Made by a program: the position numbers and the translations under genes
DNA from: Harriotta raleighana
Taxonomy: Eukaryota
NCBI GenBank assembly: GCA_050575255.1
Contig: JBNZDD010013633.1
Span: forward strand, 3,275,470-3,339,469
DNA length: 64,000 nt
Direction: 5' to 3'
In this document: in pieces, positions 1-12,719 of the stretch
How positions within the stretch are numbered: the first letter of the stretch is position 1
Layout: each line of letters opens with the position of its first letter
The notes under the pieces: generated by a model
Told to the model about the DNA's origin: nothing
What the model saw: only the letters and a program-made list of their open reading frames with translations
Databases searched by the model: none

Positions 1-116
1 CCTCTGTTTACCTAGCAGTGAATAGGAACTTGGATGTTAGATGATAAGACGAATCGCTTTTACTGTTTGCAGGACACTGCTGTGCGCAATTGGCTGCTGC
101 ATTTTGCCTACAAAAT
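1..116 (+). mobile_element. Older SINE copy, internal fragment (continues at ~501-654)
   Basis: Contains CCTCTGTTTACCTAGCAG..AGGAAC and the SINE core ACTGTTTG..GGACACTGCTGTGCGCAATTGGCTGC, shared with other copies in the window. Confidence 0.8.
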
Positions 117-140
117 AACAACCAATTAGCATTTATGGCA

Positions 141-460
141 TAGCTCCTGTGGCTTAGTGGTTAGAGTACTCGGCTTACAAGCATGAGACCTGTGTTCGAA
201 TCCAGGCAGATCAGAGTGAAACCTTGGACAAGTTTCTTTACTCCACATGCCTAATAATAATCCCTCCAAAAAAAAACACAATAATAAAATTGGTCATTTC
301 AATCCATGACTGTTTGTGGGACACTGCTGTGCGCAATTGGCTGCCGCATTCCTCCTACAAATATACAGTCAATTCACTTTACAGTATATTCTGTGAAGCG
401 CTTTGGGACGTTGATAAGATGTGAAAAGCGCTATATCAAATGCAAGGATTATTATTATTA
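141..460 (+). mobile_element. Full-length tRNA-derived SINE (young subfamily)
   Basis: A-box-like TGGCTTAGTGG, B-box GTTCGAATC, core GACTGTTTGTGGGACACTGCTGTGCGCAATTGGCTGCCGC, tail AAATGCAAGGATTATTATT; closely matches 10609-10941 and 55365-55709(-). Confidence 0.92.
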
Positions 461-500
461 TATAGCATCCTTCACCTGAGGTAACTTCCCAGAGTGCTTG

Positions 501-654
501 ACATATAGTCAATTCTCTTTATAGTATATTCTGTGAAGCTCTTTGAGACACCTAGAAGATGTGATAAGGTGCCATGCAATTGCAAGGATTATTATTATTA
601 TTATTATNGATAAGGTGCCATGCCAATTGCAAGGATTATTATTATTATTATTAT
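501..654 (+). mobile_element. SINE 3' fragment (tail duplicated across N at 608)
   Basis: AGTCAATTCTCTTTATAGTATATTCTGTGAAG...GCAAGGATT(ATT)n. Confidence 0.85.
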
Positions 655-2077
655 AAACAAAGTATCACTGGATGCTTTACAGAACTCTGCTGATCACTGG
701 GCCAATTCAAGTAGAGAGTAGTAAGTTATACAAAGGGAAGTGAAAATACAAATCAAAGAACCCTCTATGTGCAGACAGGAGCAAGTCATCAACCATTCAA
801 ATTTAATACGTAGCTCTCTTCACATGATTCGATACATCAGCTCTTTGGAAATCCATTTAAAATCTTTTTGTTCTCTCGTGAATAGAAATAATTTCATTTG
901 ATCTAGCGCAGGTCATAGTGAGTATTAAGGGAATAAATCAACTTGTTTGCGGCTTTACAAGACTGAAATTTGCATAGACTGATGCCAATTGTGAAGCTGT
1001 AAATTACCAATGTTTTAAAGATTGTGCAGAAACTTATGCATGTGATGACATACCACCTGTCACCCAATTTTTCAAAATATATGAATAATCATGAATTATC
1101 ACCCCATCACCTTTATTTACAAAATATTCTGTTCTTCCTCACATGAGGAGTACAGAGATTCCAGCAGAATAATCCTCTTGAAATAGAATATTTTGCCTCT
1201 TCATATCCAGTTTGGCACAACTCATTCGACTGAGGCTGGATGATTCAAGTGCAAACAGCCACGGGGGGAGCTTGAAACAAAATTTGATGGTGGCCAGGAT
1301 TCTTGTCAAGTATTATCTTCTTTTTCTGAGCGATTTGCAGCTAATAGGTTTATGGCACAGTGTGCCTTTATACTGGGATATTTACATTGCTGGAATGCAT
1401 GAAACACGGTCCAGTTAGAATCCACTAACAATGTTGTTCCTTCCACCTCCCTCAGGACACTCAGTGAGTAACTTCCTAATTCATAGATTGAGAGACCGTA
1501 CATCTCAGAAACAAATCATTCAGCCCATCGAGTCCGATCAGTGTTATTCTCAACACAAGTCCTAGATCCTATCTCTCGTCCCATATCCCAAACTAACGTA
1601 ACAAAACTGAGGAGGTGAAAAGACTATTGAGCTCACTTAAGACATATTTCCTTGAAGAAAGCCTTGGGGAATGTAATAGGTGATTGCGATGCCTGTAGAA
1701 ACCTAGCCCAGAGTATGATATTTCTTTCAGAAGAGAATGGGTAAAGAACAGAGACTGAAAGGAGAAAATGTACCTATGTGCAAGTCATTATTATTTATGT
1801 TCTCAATTTAAAAGAATGTTTTTTCCAAATTGGGAATCACATTTCGTAATTGAGGTTTCCCAGGGTGGTTTAGTGGCTGGGAGACAAGACAAGTTGGACA
1901 ACTCCCTCCTTTATCAAAGGGATATCATTGTGTCTGTAAAATGTTCTACTTTAATTCACAACATTAACAAAACAAGTTGATTTGGCTGCTCTTCTGCTCC
2001 ACCCACTTTTCATGTAGTCTGTGAAGAAAAGTTGGTGTAAAAAATACAAGCTTTTTAAAAATGGATACTGAATAGAA

Positions 2078-2133
2078 TACAACAACTTGCATTTATATAG
2101 CACCCTTCATGTGAGTAGTGTCTCAGAGTGCTT
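2078..2133 (-). mobile_element. L2 LINE 3' tail fragment
   Basis: ACAACAACTTGCATTTATATAGCACCCTTCA..TCTCAGAGTGCTT is the reverse complement of the L2 3' end seen on longer copies. Confidence 0.6.
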
Positions 2134-2494
2134 AAAAATGAATGAATGGAGTTATAGTCAATGCAAAATTATACAACTTAAAAAGATGTAAGATTTATTC
2201 CTGTTTAATGATAAGAGATGCTGCTTTTCAAAACAGTTCAAAGCATCACAAACCTGTTCTTGTTTATGTACAAATGCAATAGACTCACTATATTTTAATA
2301 TACTGAAGTATGTTGAGATGTCTAGATGATGTGGTAAAATTTTACATTCCAAACAAGGATTATTATTAATAGTAGCAGTTGTAGTATTGTTATTGAAGCT
2401 TTTTATAGTTGTGCTATATTTGGTTGAGTTGACCAGGGGTGGTTTCAGAAGCATCTGTCTGTCAGAGTTTCCCGGAGCCCCTGTTTCACAGCTC

Positions 2495-2750
2495 GATCTC
2501 TGCTGTAAATCCTTTGAGTTCGTGTCAGCTGATTAACAAGGGTCTGACTGTGACAGTAGCCATACCATCACAGCTTGAGCAACAGGATAAACCTCACGCT
2601 GCACTAGGATTGACAAATTTGNTGATCTCTGCTGTAAATCCTTTGAGTTCGTGTCAGCTGATTAACAAGGGTCTGACTGTGACAGTAGCCATACCATCAT
2701 AGCTTGAGCAACAGGATAAACCTCACGCTGCACTAGGATTGACAAATTTG
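2495..2750. repeat. 127-bp direct duplication around single N (2622); probable contig-overlap artefact
   Basis: 2495-2621 matches 2624-2750 with one substitution (CCATCACAGC vs CCATCATAGC); N at the junction. Confidence 0.9.
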
Positions 2751-5159
2751 CCATTCACACAGATTTGTCCATCTCTATCTTCTTAAAGTGAAGCCATGTC
2801 TCGGAACCATCCAAATGTTCCTGGAAAAAGCTGTGATTGTCTGAATCAAATACAATTTAAATTGGAACTCTACAGGCTTGTTTCTAGCAAAGTGTCAAAG
2901 TTACATAATGAGTCTCTCTCTCTTTCTCTGTGAGATTAAGACTTTGTTTTTACATAATCGCACACTACAAATTCCATTTAGGTCTGTTGCACTGGACAGA
3001 GCTGTCTTTTTTGGACAAATTGTTACTTGGTAAATTAAACAGACGTAATTTGACATGTCAGATAATCATTAGACGACTCCATGTAAATCCCCAAGTTATT
3101 TGGAGGACTAATTTCTATGTTGTTTTATGTCTAAATGACGCCACCCTGCATCGGATTATTTTTAGAACAGTTCAAATTTTAGTCAATTAGCAAATTATTT
3201 GGTCGATTATAAATCAAAACAAACAGTGATTTAAATTACAATTGTTAATGTCTTGTCTGTGTCAATTCGTCAACATTTTTTAATGTGTCCTGATTTCCAC
3301 CAATGTCTGGTTTGATTTCAGATATCCCTGACTATCCAACGCATCCTCCAGATGTGAAAGACACCATAAAATATGATTTGTTGTTGTTGTCTGATTTCAT
3401 ATTTCCAGTATGCTCTGTTTTCATTTTAGATTTCTGAGAATCTCTAAATCTGGTTTGATTTTAAGGATCTGATTTATGATAGTGAGTTTACAAGTTCAAA
3501 GTGCCTACAGTACAGTAAAAGAAACTACAGTATAAAGTACTTTGAGACATTTCAATGTGAGGAGACTCTATATCAAATGCAGGGATTATTACTATGCTGT
3601 AGGAATAATATAATAATATAATAATATATGAATAATATACAGTAACAATATACAGTAATAATACATTAGTAGGATGTGTTCATCTAAATTCTATAGTATA
3701 ATCATTCAAATAATTGTGAAAAGAATATAATCTTTCCCCTCCGATATCAATTTAACTCTTCTTCATTTGTGCCAGCTGGGCTGGGTCAGGTTCTATGGAA
3801 TATGCTAATAAATTAGGGCATCTTTCAAACATTATGAAGGCCTTATGAGTCCAGATTTTCTACTTTTGAGATTGTCTGACATGAACAATGTAAATACTTT
3901 CATGAGAAGAGTCAAACTGGTGCAGGGCCACATTTGCACTGCTATTAATGTCCTCTCCAACCCACTGCTGTGCACTCTCATTTCCTACTGTTATTAAGGT
4001 CATGTCTTCCAGAATTACAAATCTCATTAGCACTGATCATCCAGCTATTGAAGTGAGTGAAATAAGACGTGTTCTTGTAGCAATTGCCACATTCAAGAGA
4101 CTCACTGCTTATCAGTCGCTCCTGCTTTGTAAGGTGAGGTTAAAAGGATGGGATGAACAAAATATTATTGTTGTTCATATTTTTGGCAGCATAAATTCAA
4201 CATGGCAAATAATGAAAAGCAGGAATGGGCGCGCCTGCCCTTTTCAATTAAATATTATGGTGACAAAAGTAATCTTGTAATCTAATGCTTTCTTTATGTA
4301 GCGCGACTAGCAACAGTGTAAAATGCAAGGTCTATTATAAAGGTATGACTAAAGTAAGGCTCATCAGCTTTAAAAACTATTTATGATCTCCCTTTCAGTT
4401 ATACAAATGGAATTTTGTTGTTCAGCTCCTTTGCCTTGTATACACACTGTGCATCACTGTGGGGCATGCTTGTTTCTGCCATGTTACAGCTTCCACACCT
4501 CGCAGCTGAAAACAACGACCGAAGAGCAAAAGCTTGTCAGTGAACATCTCAATTTAGGAAACTGGAAATATTATATAATCTCTGTTTGCTGACAGAGCAA
4601 TTTTATTGGATCCAGGAAAGAATCATCAGTTAGGATGAATGTAGCCTAACCTGACAGTTCCTATTTCCGAAAATGTTTAAGCGCTTTAATCATGTGGTTG
4701 CTGCCTGTTTCAGGTTTGTTTTTGTCTGTCACGTAATAGCCATATTGTTTAACTGATTTGTTTTGTTGACAGTCTTTATCGGCTGGAGTAAAGCAAACCT
4801 ATCAGAAGGTGCAGCAAGGAGACCCGGGAGGCTCTACAGGAAATGAAGAACCATACTCTGTGGAGAGAGGAGGCATCTCACAGGAAACAGCTCCTGGCAA
4901 GCTCTCAATTGGAAACAGCAGCACTCACTGGCTCTTTCATGTACATTTTAGCTGCTGTGAAAAAATCCAGTTCCATTGTTTTATCAGCTCCACTGTGGGA
5001 AAAAAAATCAATGGCTGGGAAATTTTTCCTTTTTGCTTTTCTCCCACGCCCCTCCCCGTATTAGGCTAATTGTAGCCTTATCACGATTCGGGTACTAAAG
5101 AAAACTACCAGTCACAGCCATACCTGTCTGCGTAAACTAGACAAGAATTCACAGTGGGT

Positions 5160-5345
5160 ACAACAACATTAACAATGCACATTTATATCCCAAAGTACTT
5201 GACAGTGGTAGAATCTGACACGAGGCCAGTGGGTGAGTCAGAGGGAAGATGACTAAGCATGATCAAAAAAGAAAGCCTTCAGGCAGGATGTGAAAGTGGG
5301 ATTTGGGTGGGGTGGGAGTGGGGAAGGCAGAGGGTTTGAGAAAGA
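5160..5345 (-). mobile_element. L2 LINE 3' fragment
   Basis: CAACAAC..CATTTATA..CCCAAAGTACTTGACAGT..AGAATCTGACAC, similar to the 3' end of the L2 at 23972. Confidence 0.6.
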
Positions 5346-6964
5346 AAAATAGGTTAACATCAGATATATTGGTAGTTCAGTTGTAGAATTATCTCCAGCC
5401 AGGCGGGAGGTCTGCATTTGATTCTCAGCCGATGCAACTTATTCACAAAACTTATTTTGTTTGGTGTATAAACACTGGCACAACTAGTTGGGCAGAATGG
5501 CTTCCGTGCTGTACAATTTATGTAGGTAAACCCTTTCATCAGAACTGCCTACCTGTTTTTATTCGAGATCATCTCCTCTTATTTGTTTATTTACCTGCAG
5601 TGGTGATGGTCAATCTCTTTAGTCAGCCAACAAAAATGAATGTGTCTTGATTGAATACTTCTGGACTATGGGATAAATCTATGCTATTTTGTTATTTTTA
5701 CAATGATTTTGTTGGCCAACCATTGACCTATAGTTTCTGCAAATACGTACATACACAAATATAAACATTGTTTGTGCAATAGGACGTAAAATAAATCTTT
5801 TTTCCTGCAGCACACGACTTCCCCTGTCAGAGGTGAGCCACCTTCTCCCAGGATGTTATTCCTCTCAGTCTATACCCAATGGCCCTGGGTGTTTGGAGTA
5901 GGTGGGGGAGTTAGATTTTGATCTGGGTGACTAACCTTGTGATTATGGGGTCAAAGTTGTAGCATTCGGTACTGTCACTGGTAGAATTATTACATTAACC
6001 AAAAAGCAATCAATTGTTACTCACTGCCTGGAGGGTAAGATGGTGGAGGGTGAAATGCTCATTTTTGAAGCTGGCAACAATCTACAAAATACATATAACT
6101 ACACTTTAACAAATATCCTGCGAAGCGCTTTGAGTCATGACGCTGATAGGAAAGGCGTGGTACCAAATGCAAGGATTATTTATTACTTCTAATAACTATT
6201 GACTGTTTTTGACCACGGTCTTGGTTGGGTGTGGGGAGAGGGGATAATTATCATTTGGATAGTATCGCATGCTACTATTTTGATCTCTGAGCTTCATCAT
6301 CTCATCTGACATGTGGCACTCAGTGTTAATCAAATCGATCGTAACTGACACAGGTTCACAAGTCCTGTTTGATCAGTTGTCAAACTGGAGCTTTACACAT
6401 GGAGCACTCTGAGAAATTACACGAGAGTCCAGTATTAAGTCTGTTGTTGGTATTATTCAGGTACATGTGTCCTGTTTATTCAATGGAATTGCTGCGGAAA
6501 AAAGATTCACTGCCTAAAATGGAAGTTTTAATTTGGTGCTCACTTTGGCAAAGATGGGGTGGGACCAGGCACAGTGTATGAGAATAGCTGTGTTCATATC
6601 ATTCTTTTCTTCTGAGGACTTGCATGGATGACTACTACAACAACAACAATGATATAGTGCCTTTCACATCGGCAGGACGTCCCGACTAGGTTGGCAGAAA
6701 GATAGGATTGCTTTCAATTTCTCACGAACTGTGAAAAATTTCATGTCATAGTTGAAAGCCAGCATGGGCGATGGTAATACTGTAAATAGCTATAACACTG
6801 GAGAATTTGTCAAGGTTACCGCAACAGAAATGGTAAAAAATATATTCTAGTCAGAAGTTTGGAATCCTTATTAATAGCAATCTTCAAAGTGTACCTGAAT
6901 TGGGATGTCCTTCCAATGTGAAAGGCACTCTATCAATGTAATTTTGTTGTTGTTATTGAACAAC

Positions 6965-7155
6965 AATCCCCAGATAAAAATGATCATTCACTTCATGGCT
7001 GTTTGTGAGACAATGCTGTGCGCATATTGATTGTTATGTTCACACATAAAATATAGCCACTACACTTTACAGTGTATCCTATGAAGCACCATGAGAAATC
7101 CTCCTGACATGAAAGGAGCTATATCATTTGCAAGGATTTATTATTAGTATTATTA
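6965..7155 (+). mobile_element. SINE 3' half, diverged
   Basis: GGCTGTTTGTGAGACAATGCTGTGCGCA...TGCAAGGATTTATTATT; preceded by an L2 tail at ~6895-6958. Confidence 0.7.
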
Positions 7156-8119
7156 TGCTCTTCTTCATGACTTTATAATGAAGCTCCCCTTATCCCAATG
7201 CTTAACATTTATTTGAACTATCGTACTTTGATCTGTCAACTCATTCAGAAGAATCCCAACCCTCTATTCATCAGATTAGAGATAGGGCATTCACTAAACC
7301 AAACTCATAGTTGAATAATAATCCTTGCATTTGAGGTAGTTAATGCTGTACTTAATTCTCACCTTATTTTTGCCTTGCATTCCCTGGAGACCAGCGCTCA
7401 CTGAGAAAGGGAGTATCCGAATCTTGAATATGACACACTGGGATTGTTTGTTGAAAGCTGAGGTAAATTTGGATGAATATCCATGTGTGCTACAAAAGGC
7501 ATATTCAGATCCTAAAAAGGGACGGAGGTTGAGTGCAGCTGAATTGCAATGGGTGTCCTTCCAATCCCCTATTTCAGCAGATAATTACAGTGCAAGAAGG
7601 TTTCAGATAGGAGGGGGCTGTGGGAAGGGCAATAAATTATTTCCTCCCCCACCCCACCCCCCCTCCCCAGTTTACAAAGCAATCTGGGCTTTGCTTACAA
7701 ATGCGGCCCAGTGAGGTCAAAGGGTTAATAAGCTGTTCCATGCAAAATAGGGTCCTCACTTCCATGAGACAGCTGCCTGGCCCGAGTTTCCTTCCATGCT
7801 ATAAAATCCAGCTGAGTTCTTTCTTTTTATTAATCTTCTGTTTTGCTGCACGCGCTATTTTAATGGCTGGCTGTTACATTGTAAAATCTTAAAATAGTTG
7901 TATCGGTCAACAGCACTATTTGTTATGGTAAATTGTTTATCACCTGCAGTTCCCTCCCACTTTCCTGTGTTCTCTCTGTGGTGAGACGCCTCGGTTAACT
8001 TTTGTGCATTGAATGTCATCCATGGACTGCTGATTGGTGTCATGCATGAAAATGTCCTGTTGATTCAGGTCACATACTTTTAGTGGAGGAGCTGCCCTGT
8101 CACCCTGATAAAGCGCTTT

Positions 8120-8260
8120 TGCCAAAGTAGAAGAAATTCCCTTCTCTTTTCAAATGGGATCTTTATCATCCATCTGAACAGGCAGGTGGGAATTCCATTC
8201 AATTTCCCTCTCCCCCTAAGGAAGACACCTCCGACAATGCATCGCACGCACTGCACAGTC
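8120..8260 (-). mobile_element. Deu-domain SINE fragment
   Basis: ATGGGATCTTTATCATCCATCTGAACAGGCAG..ACACCTCCGACAATGCA matches the reverse complement of the recalled Deu-domain core. Confidence 0.65.
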
Positions 8261-8569
8261 GGGTTTTTTTTTAGGAAATAAATGATTGTTCATTTGAATT
8301 CAATTTACACAATTGTGTCGAAACAATCAATATTTAAAAAAAGGATACATTTCCCTAAATGGATACTGTATTTTGTTTGTCGACACAATCCCAGACTCTG
8401 CCAAGTTTGTAACTGCGGGAAGTGTGAAGAAATGACTCCCATTAACTTTATCTGAAACTAGGAATTCAACATTTTGGGAATTGTGACCCTGCCAGAATTC
8501 TAAGCAGTGAAATAGTTCACTCACTCTCCCAGTCCAATAGTCAGGGCTGCTGAGCAATAATAAACAATC

Positions 8570-8765
8570 ATAATAAAGATAATGATAATAATCCTTGCAT
8601 TTCATATAGCACCTTATCACGCCTTCGAGATGTCTCAAAACTCTTCACAAAATATATTGTAAACTGAATTGACTGTATATTTTGTGGGTTTAACACCGCA
8701 GCCAATTGTGCAAAGCAATATCCCACAACCTGTCGTGGATGAGTGACCAAATTATTATTATTTTA
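8570..8765 (-). mobile_element. SINE 3' half
   Basis: AATAATCCTTGCATTTCATATAGC...GCAGCCAATTGTGCA..CCCACAA. Confidence 0.8.
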
Positions 8766-8789
8766 AAAATTTAAATAAGCAACATGCCA

Positions 8790-9000
8790 AACGACTAAAG
8801 ATCATTACTTTACAGGACTCCAATAGGGCACAGTCATCTAGGTGTTGTTTAACTACAACACTGAGCAGCTTGAGCATGACCTCTGGGAATCCGAACCCAA
8901 CTGATTTGGCAATATAACCCAGCAACCCATTAACTTTGCTTATTGCTGCCTCACATTGTTCTGACCTAGTAAGTGATGTAAAAACTAACACGCCAAGATT
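8790..9000 (-). mobile_element. CR1 LINE ORF2 C-terminal fragment (decayed)
   Basis: Translation QCEAAISKVNGLLGYIAKSV..PEVMLKLLSVVVKQHLDDC resembles the CR1 motif QC..A..KAN.MLG.I.R......EV...LY..LVRPHLEYC. Confidence 0.75.
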
Positions 9001-9414
9001 TTCATTCAGCTTTAACCTCAGGGACGTTTGATGAAATGCTACACTGACTCACACAGAACATTTTCTGGCACAGTACATTCTAGTGAGGAGCTTGGGATTA
9101 CCTAATATGATGTTCACAAATCACATGAGAGAGATAAAGGTGAAGGAAGTCCTTTGCTCATTTTATCTCACTCTTCCAGAATACATTTCCCCTCAATTCC
9201 CTGTCTTCCCAATATAACACCAGCCTTCTCGGTACTCCATTTTAGATGTTGATTTTCCTTTTGATAAACAAATACTTCTCGGCTTCTGCTGATATATATC
9301 ACCATCAACTTGTGTTCGCTTGTCCTACTGCACAGTGTATCTGATAGTGCTTTCTAGGTTTATTTTCTTAATCCCATTCAACATTTTTATGCTTCTCCTG
9401 AGACCTTCTGAGAT

Positions 9415-9735
9415 GGGATTCCTGTAGCTCAGTGGTTAGAGCTCTAGCCTTGCAAGCAAGAGACCTGGCTTTGATACCTGGCAGGGCGAAACCTTGGATA
9501 AGTTTTCTTACTCCATATACCTGGTAATAATCCCTCAAAAAAACAATAATAAATTGGTCATTTCAATCTGTTTCAAATGGTTTGTGGGAGACTATTGTGC
9601 ACAATTGGCTGCCGAGTTTCCTCCACAAATAAACAGTTAATTCACCTAGTATATTCTGTGAAGCGCTTTGAGATGTCTAGAAGACTGAAAAACTCTATAT
9701 CAAATGCAAGAATTATTTTTATTATTGTTATTATT
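9415..9735 (+). mobile_element. Full-length tRNA-derived SINE inserted in a decayed CR1-like sequence
   Basis: GTAGCTCAGTGGTTAGAGC head, core, tail AAATGCAAGAATTATT. Confidence 0.9.
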
Positions 9736-9980
9736 CATTAAGACATCTCTTTTGACTTAGAATTCTACAAAAATTAAAAAAGGATATTAGGTTAAATTTA
9801 CAATGATGTTAATTCCTTTAGATGACTAATCTTAATCCTATTTCCCCGATCACTCTCACAGACACTGGGACAGACGTTTCTCCAGTTGAGTTCATTCGGA
9901 CAATTTTTGCATCATGACAGTTCTTGTATTTCTATTTTCCCACTTTTTTCATATCTTCAATATCACTTCTTAATATCACT

Positions 9981-10560
9981 TAATAATAATTTGCGTTTAT
10001 AGACGCTCTTCACGCAGACTAATGTCTCAGAGATCTTAACACGCTGCTATCACGTCTAGCAGCGGAGAAGGGACAGGACATGACCATATGTGTGTTTGAA
10101 GAGGTCGGTTTTAGGCAGGATACAAAGACAAGATGGAGAGGGCAAGATGGAGGGTGAAAGAGAGAGAGTAAATACCAGAGGCTGGTGGCATTTTTCCTGA
10201 AGGCTCAAGTATACTTGAGGTTGGGGACATGCAACACACCCAAGTTTCCTGAGTGGAGAGGGTGAGTATAGTGGGGTAGAAGAAGATAACAGAGCTCAGA
10301 GGTCTAAGGGTTGAAAGGATTTATAGGTGAGGATGAGGACCTTGAAATTGATCCATTGGTAGACAGGGAGTCAGTGAGCCTGATGAAGAGTTTGGTCTGT
10401 GTGAGGGCAACAGAGGTTTGAATGAGCTAGAACTGGTGGATTTTGGAATTAGGGAGATGGGCAAGGATTACATTAAAGTTGAGTTGGGAGGTAACAAAGG
10501 TGTGAAGATTGAATAGGTGATAGGCAGAAGTGGGTTGAGGATGGTAGAAACTGAGGAGTG
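9981..10560 (-). mobile_element. L2 LINE 3' fragment, diverged
   Basis: GGTGAGGATGAGGACCTTGAAATTGATCC reads (F)KVLILT on the reverse strand; L2-type tail at the left end. Confidence 0.7.
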
Positions 10561-10608
10561 TGGCTTTAGTCTTGTCCATGTTGAGCTACAAGAAATCCAT
10601 GCTCATCC

Positions 10609-10941
10609 GTGGAGCTTGTGTGGCTCAGTGGTTAGACCACTCGTTGAACAAGCGTGAGACCTATGTTCAAATCCAGGCAGATCAGGGTGAAACCTTGGGC
10701 AAGTTTCCTTACTCCACATGCCTAATAATAATCCATTCAAAAAAAAGACAATAATAAAAATTGGTCATTTTCAATCCACAACTATTTGTGGAACACTGCT
10801 GTGTGTTATTGGCTGTCGCATTTCGCCTACAAATATACAGTCAATTCACTTTATAGTATATTCTGTGAAGCGCTTTGAGATGTTGATAAGATGTGAAAAG
10901 TGCTATATCAAATGCAAGGATTATTATTATTTATATTATTA
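10609..10941 (+). mobile_element. Full-length tRNA-derived SINE (young subfamily)
   Basis: Diagnostic CCAGGCAGATCAGGGTGAAACC and GTTGATAAGATGTGAAAAG; (ATT)n tail. Confidence 0.92.
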
Positions 10942-12719
10942 TCCAAGATTTGATATCGACAGGCAGGCAACCTGAATATCAGTGGAATCACTTTTGGCAA
11001 AGCATTCCATATTCTGGCAAACCCTTACACTGAAAATGCCAGTCATTAAAATCTTCTAGTTACAATGCTGAGCCTATACCCAGTTATACCGATTTACAGA
11101 GCAACAGGAATAATTTTTCACCATTTACATTTGTAAATTCCTTCAACATTTGAATAGCTGTGTTTTTAGAAATAAAGTAGTGTGCTTTTACACTTGTGTA
11201 TTTAAAGAGATTGTGTGTGTATACGCTCATGTATTGCCCCATTGGCTGCTTGGATTCTTTCAGTTTAGTCTGTTTCCATAGCAATCTTTGTCTTCCTAGC
11301 GTCACTGATAGAAAACAGAGGACAATTTTACATTTTTTCTCCTATTTTCTCCCCTGGGAGTACCACTGGCTAGCATACTTCCTGTTAGAGCTGCAAGGGC
11401 AGACTGATGTGGGCTACTCGATTCTGCACAATTTGCGTCAGTCTTGTTGCTCAGCCATTGGATCATCAGAGCAGTCTCTGAAGGGATGCTGTTACACAAA
11501 CTGGAGGATTAATATATGACCTTGGTCTGAAGTCAGGGTGTACACAGCCATATTTTACCTTGCAACCAGATCAGTGTGCCGGTAGTAGAAATAAATAAAT
11601 AATCATTACATTTGGTATCATGCCTTTCACATCAGGAGGACGTCTCAAAATGCTTCACAGGATGTACTGTAAACTGAGTGACTATATTTTGTGCACGAAT
11701 GTCATACAATGAATTCCTTATGAAATTGTAAATGATTTTTAAATCAGTCTAAACCCTCCACTAGAACTGGAATAAGCTACGATGGTTTCAGTATATCCTG
11801 ATACATTCAACTGCAAATCTATTTTTGTTACAATCAGAATTCCCCTGTGTCTGGAAAACATCACACAATCCCTCCTACCAGGAAAGCATTCTAACCTTTC
11901 AGTTAAATGATGTAACTGGCCACTAAAACATGAGCAGATGGGCTGTACTCAAATGCCGACATACTGAATTCATCAAGTCTGAGTCACTCTGGTGTGCATC
12001 TGGCCTCTGCATAAATTACACTTACGGGATCTCTACAGTTTCCCTTCCTCTCCCTCCCCCACTTAAGAGGAGTGTGTCTGGCTTCTGTGTGATGTTTGCT
12101 ATGGCTGAGAATAACATGGCCCAGTCAGTCTCATTCAATGACGTGAACCAGTAACCCAGCCATGGCAGCAGCTATGCCTAAATGCCTAGGGGTGCCTCAG
12201 AGTATTAAAATGGAATTGCACAACAAAACAAAATTAACTTTGGCCAAATCTGGTACCAACAAGGATTTCTGTAAACACAGAGTCAGGGAGTGGGTAGACC
12301 TGAGCGCAGTGAATCTGAGTTCAAGATGTCTTAATTGAGGAATTGAGGTAAAGACAAATGGGGTTGAAACAGGGGGAGAGAACAATAAAGGAAATATTAG
12401 ACTAGATGATGCCAAGGCTAGTTTTAAAAACCTTTCGATTGGTGGAAATGCGGAGGAAGGGAATCCTACAGTATTTGACGTGATTATTTGCAAAAATAAA
12501 TCAGCCCAAGAAAGACAGAGTGGGGGTGGGGGGAATGGATTAGTATGCAATATTCCTTTAACCCTGTAAGTGTACTATTTTCCTGGATAGATAGAGAACA
12601 GTGTTATTTTTGTCCTTAATTTGAGATCATTTAATACTGTCTGCACTGGGAAAATATTTCTTTCTTGAGTCCTTCACTGCTCTTTTCCCTTTTGCTCCAA
12701 CATATTTATAACATTAATA

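Noticed and set aside
141-215. tRNA genes at SINE heads (also 9415, 10609, 18394, 20961, 55709, 56770)
   Set aside because: A/B boxes are present, but there is no proper acceptor stem and each runs into a SINE body; these are tRNA-derived heads, not tRNA genes.
563-654. 45-bp tandem duplication of a SINE tail
   Set aside because: Centred on a single N (608), typical of an unmerged contig overlap.
5298-5323. G-quadruplex motif
   Set aside because: Lies in the purine-rich strand of an L2 3' UTR; no evidence of function.
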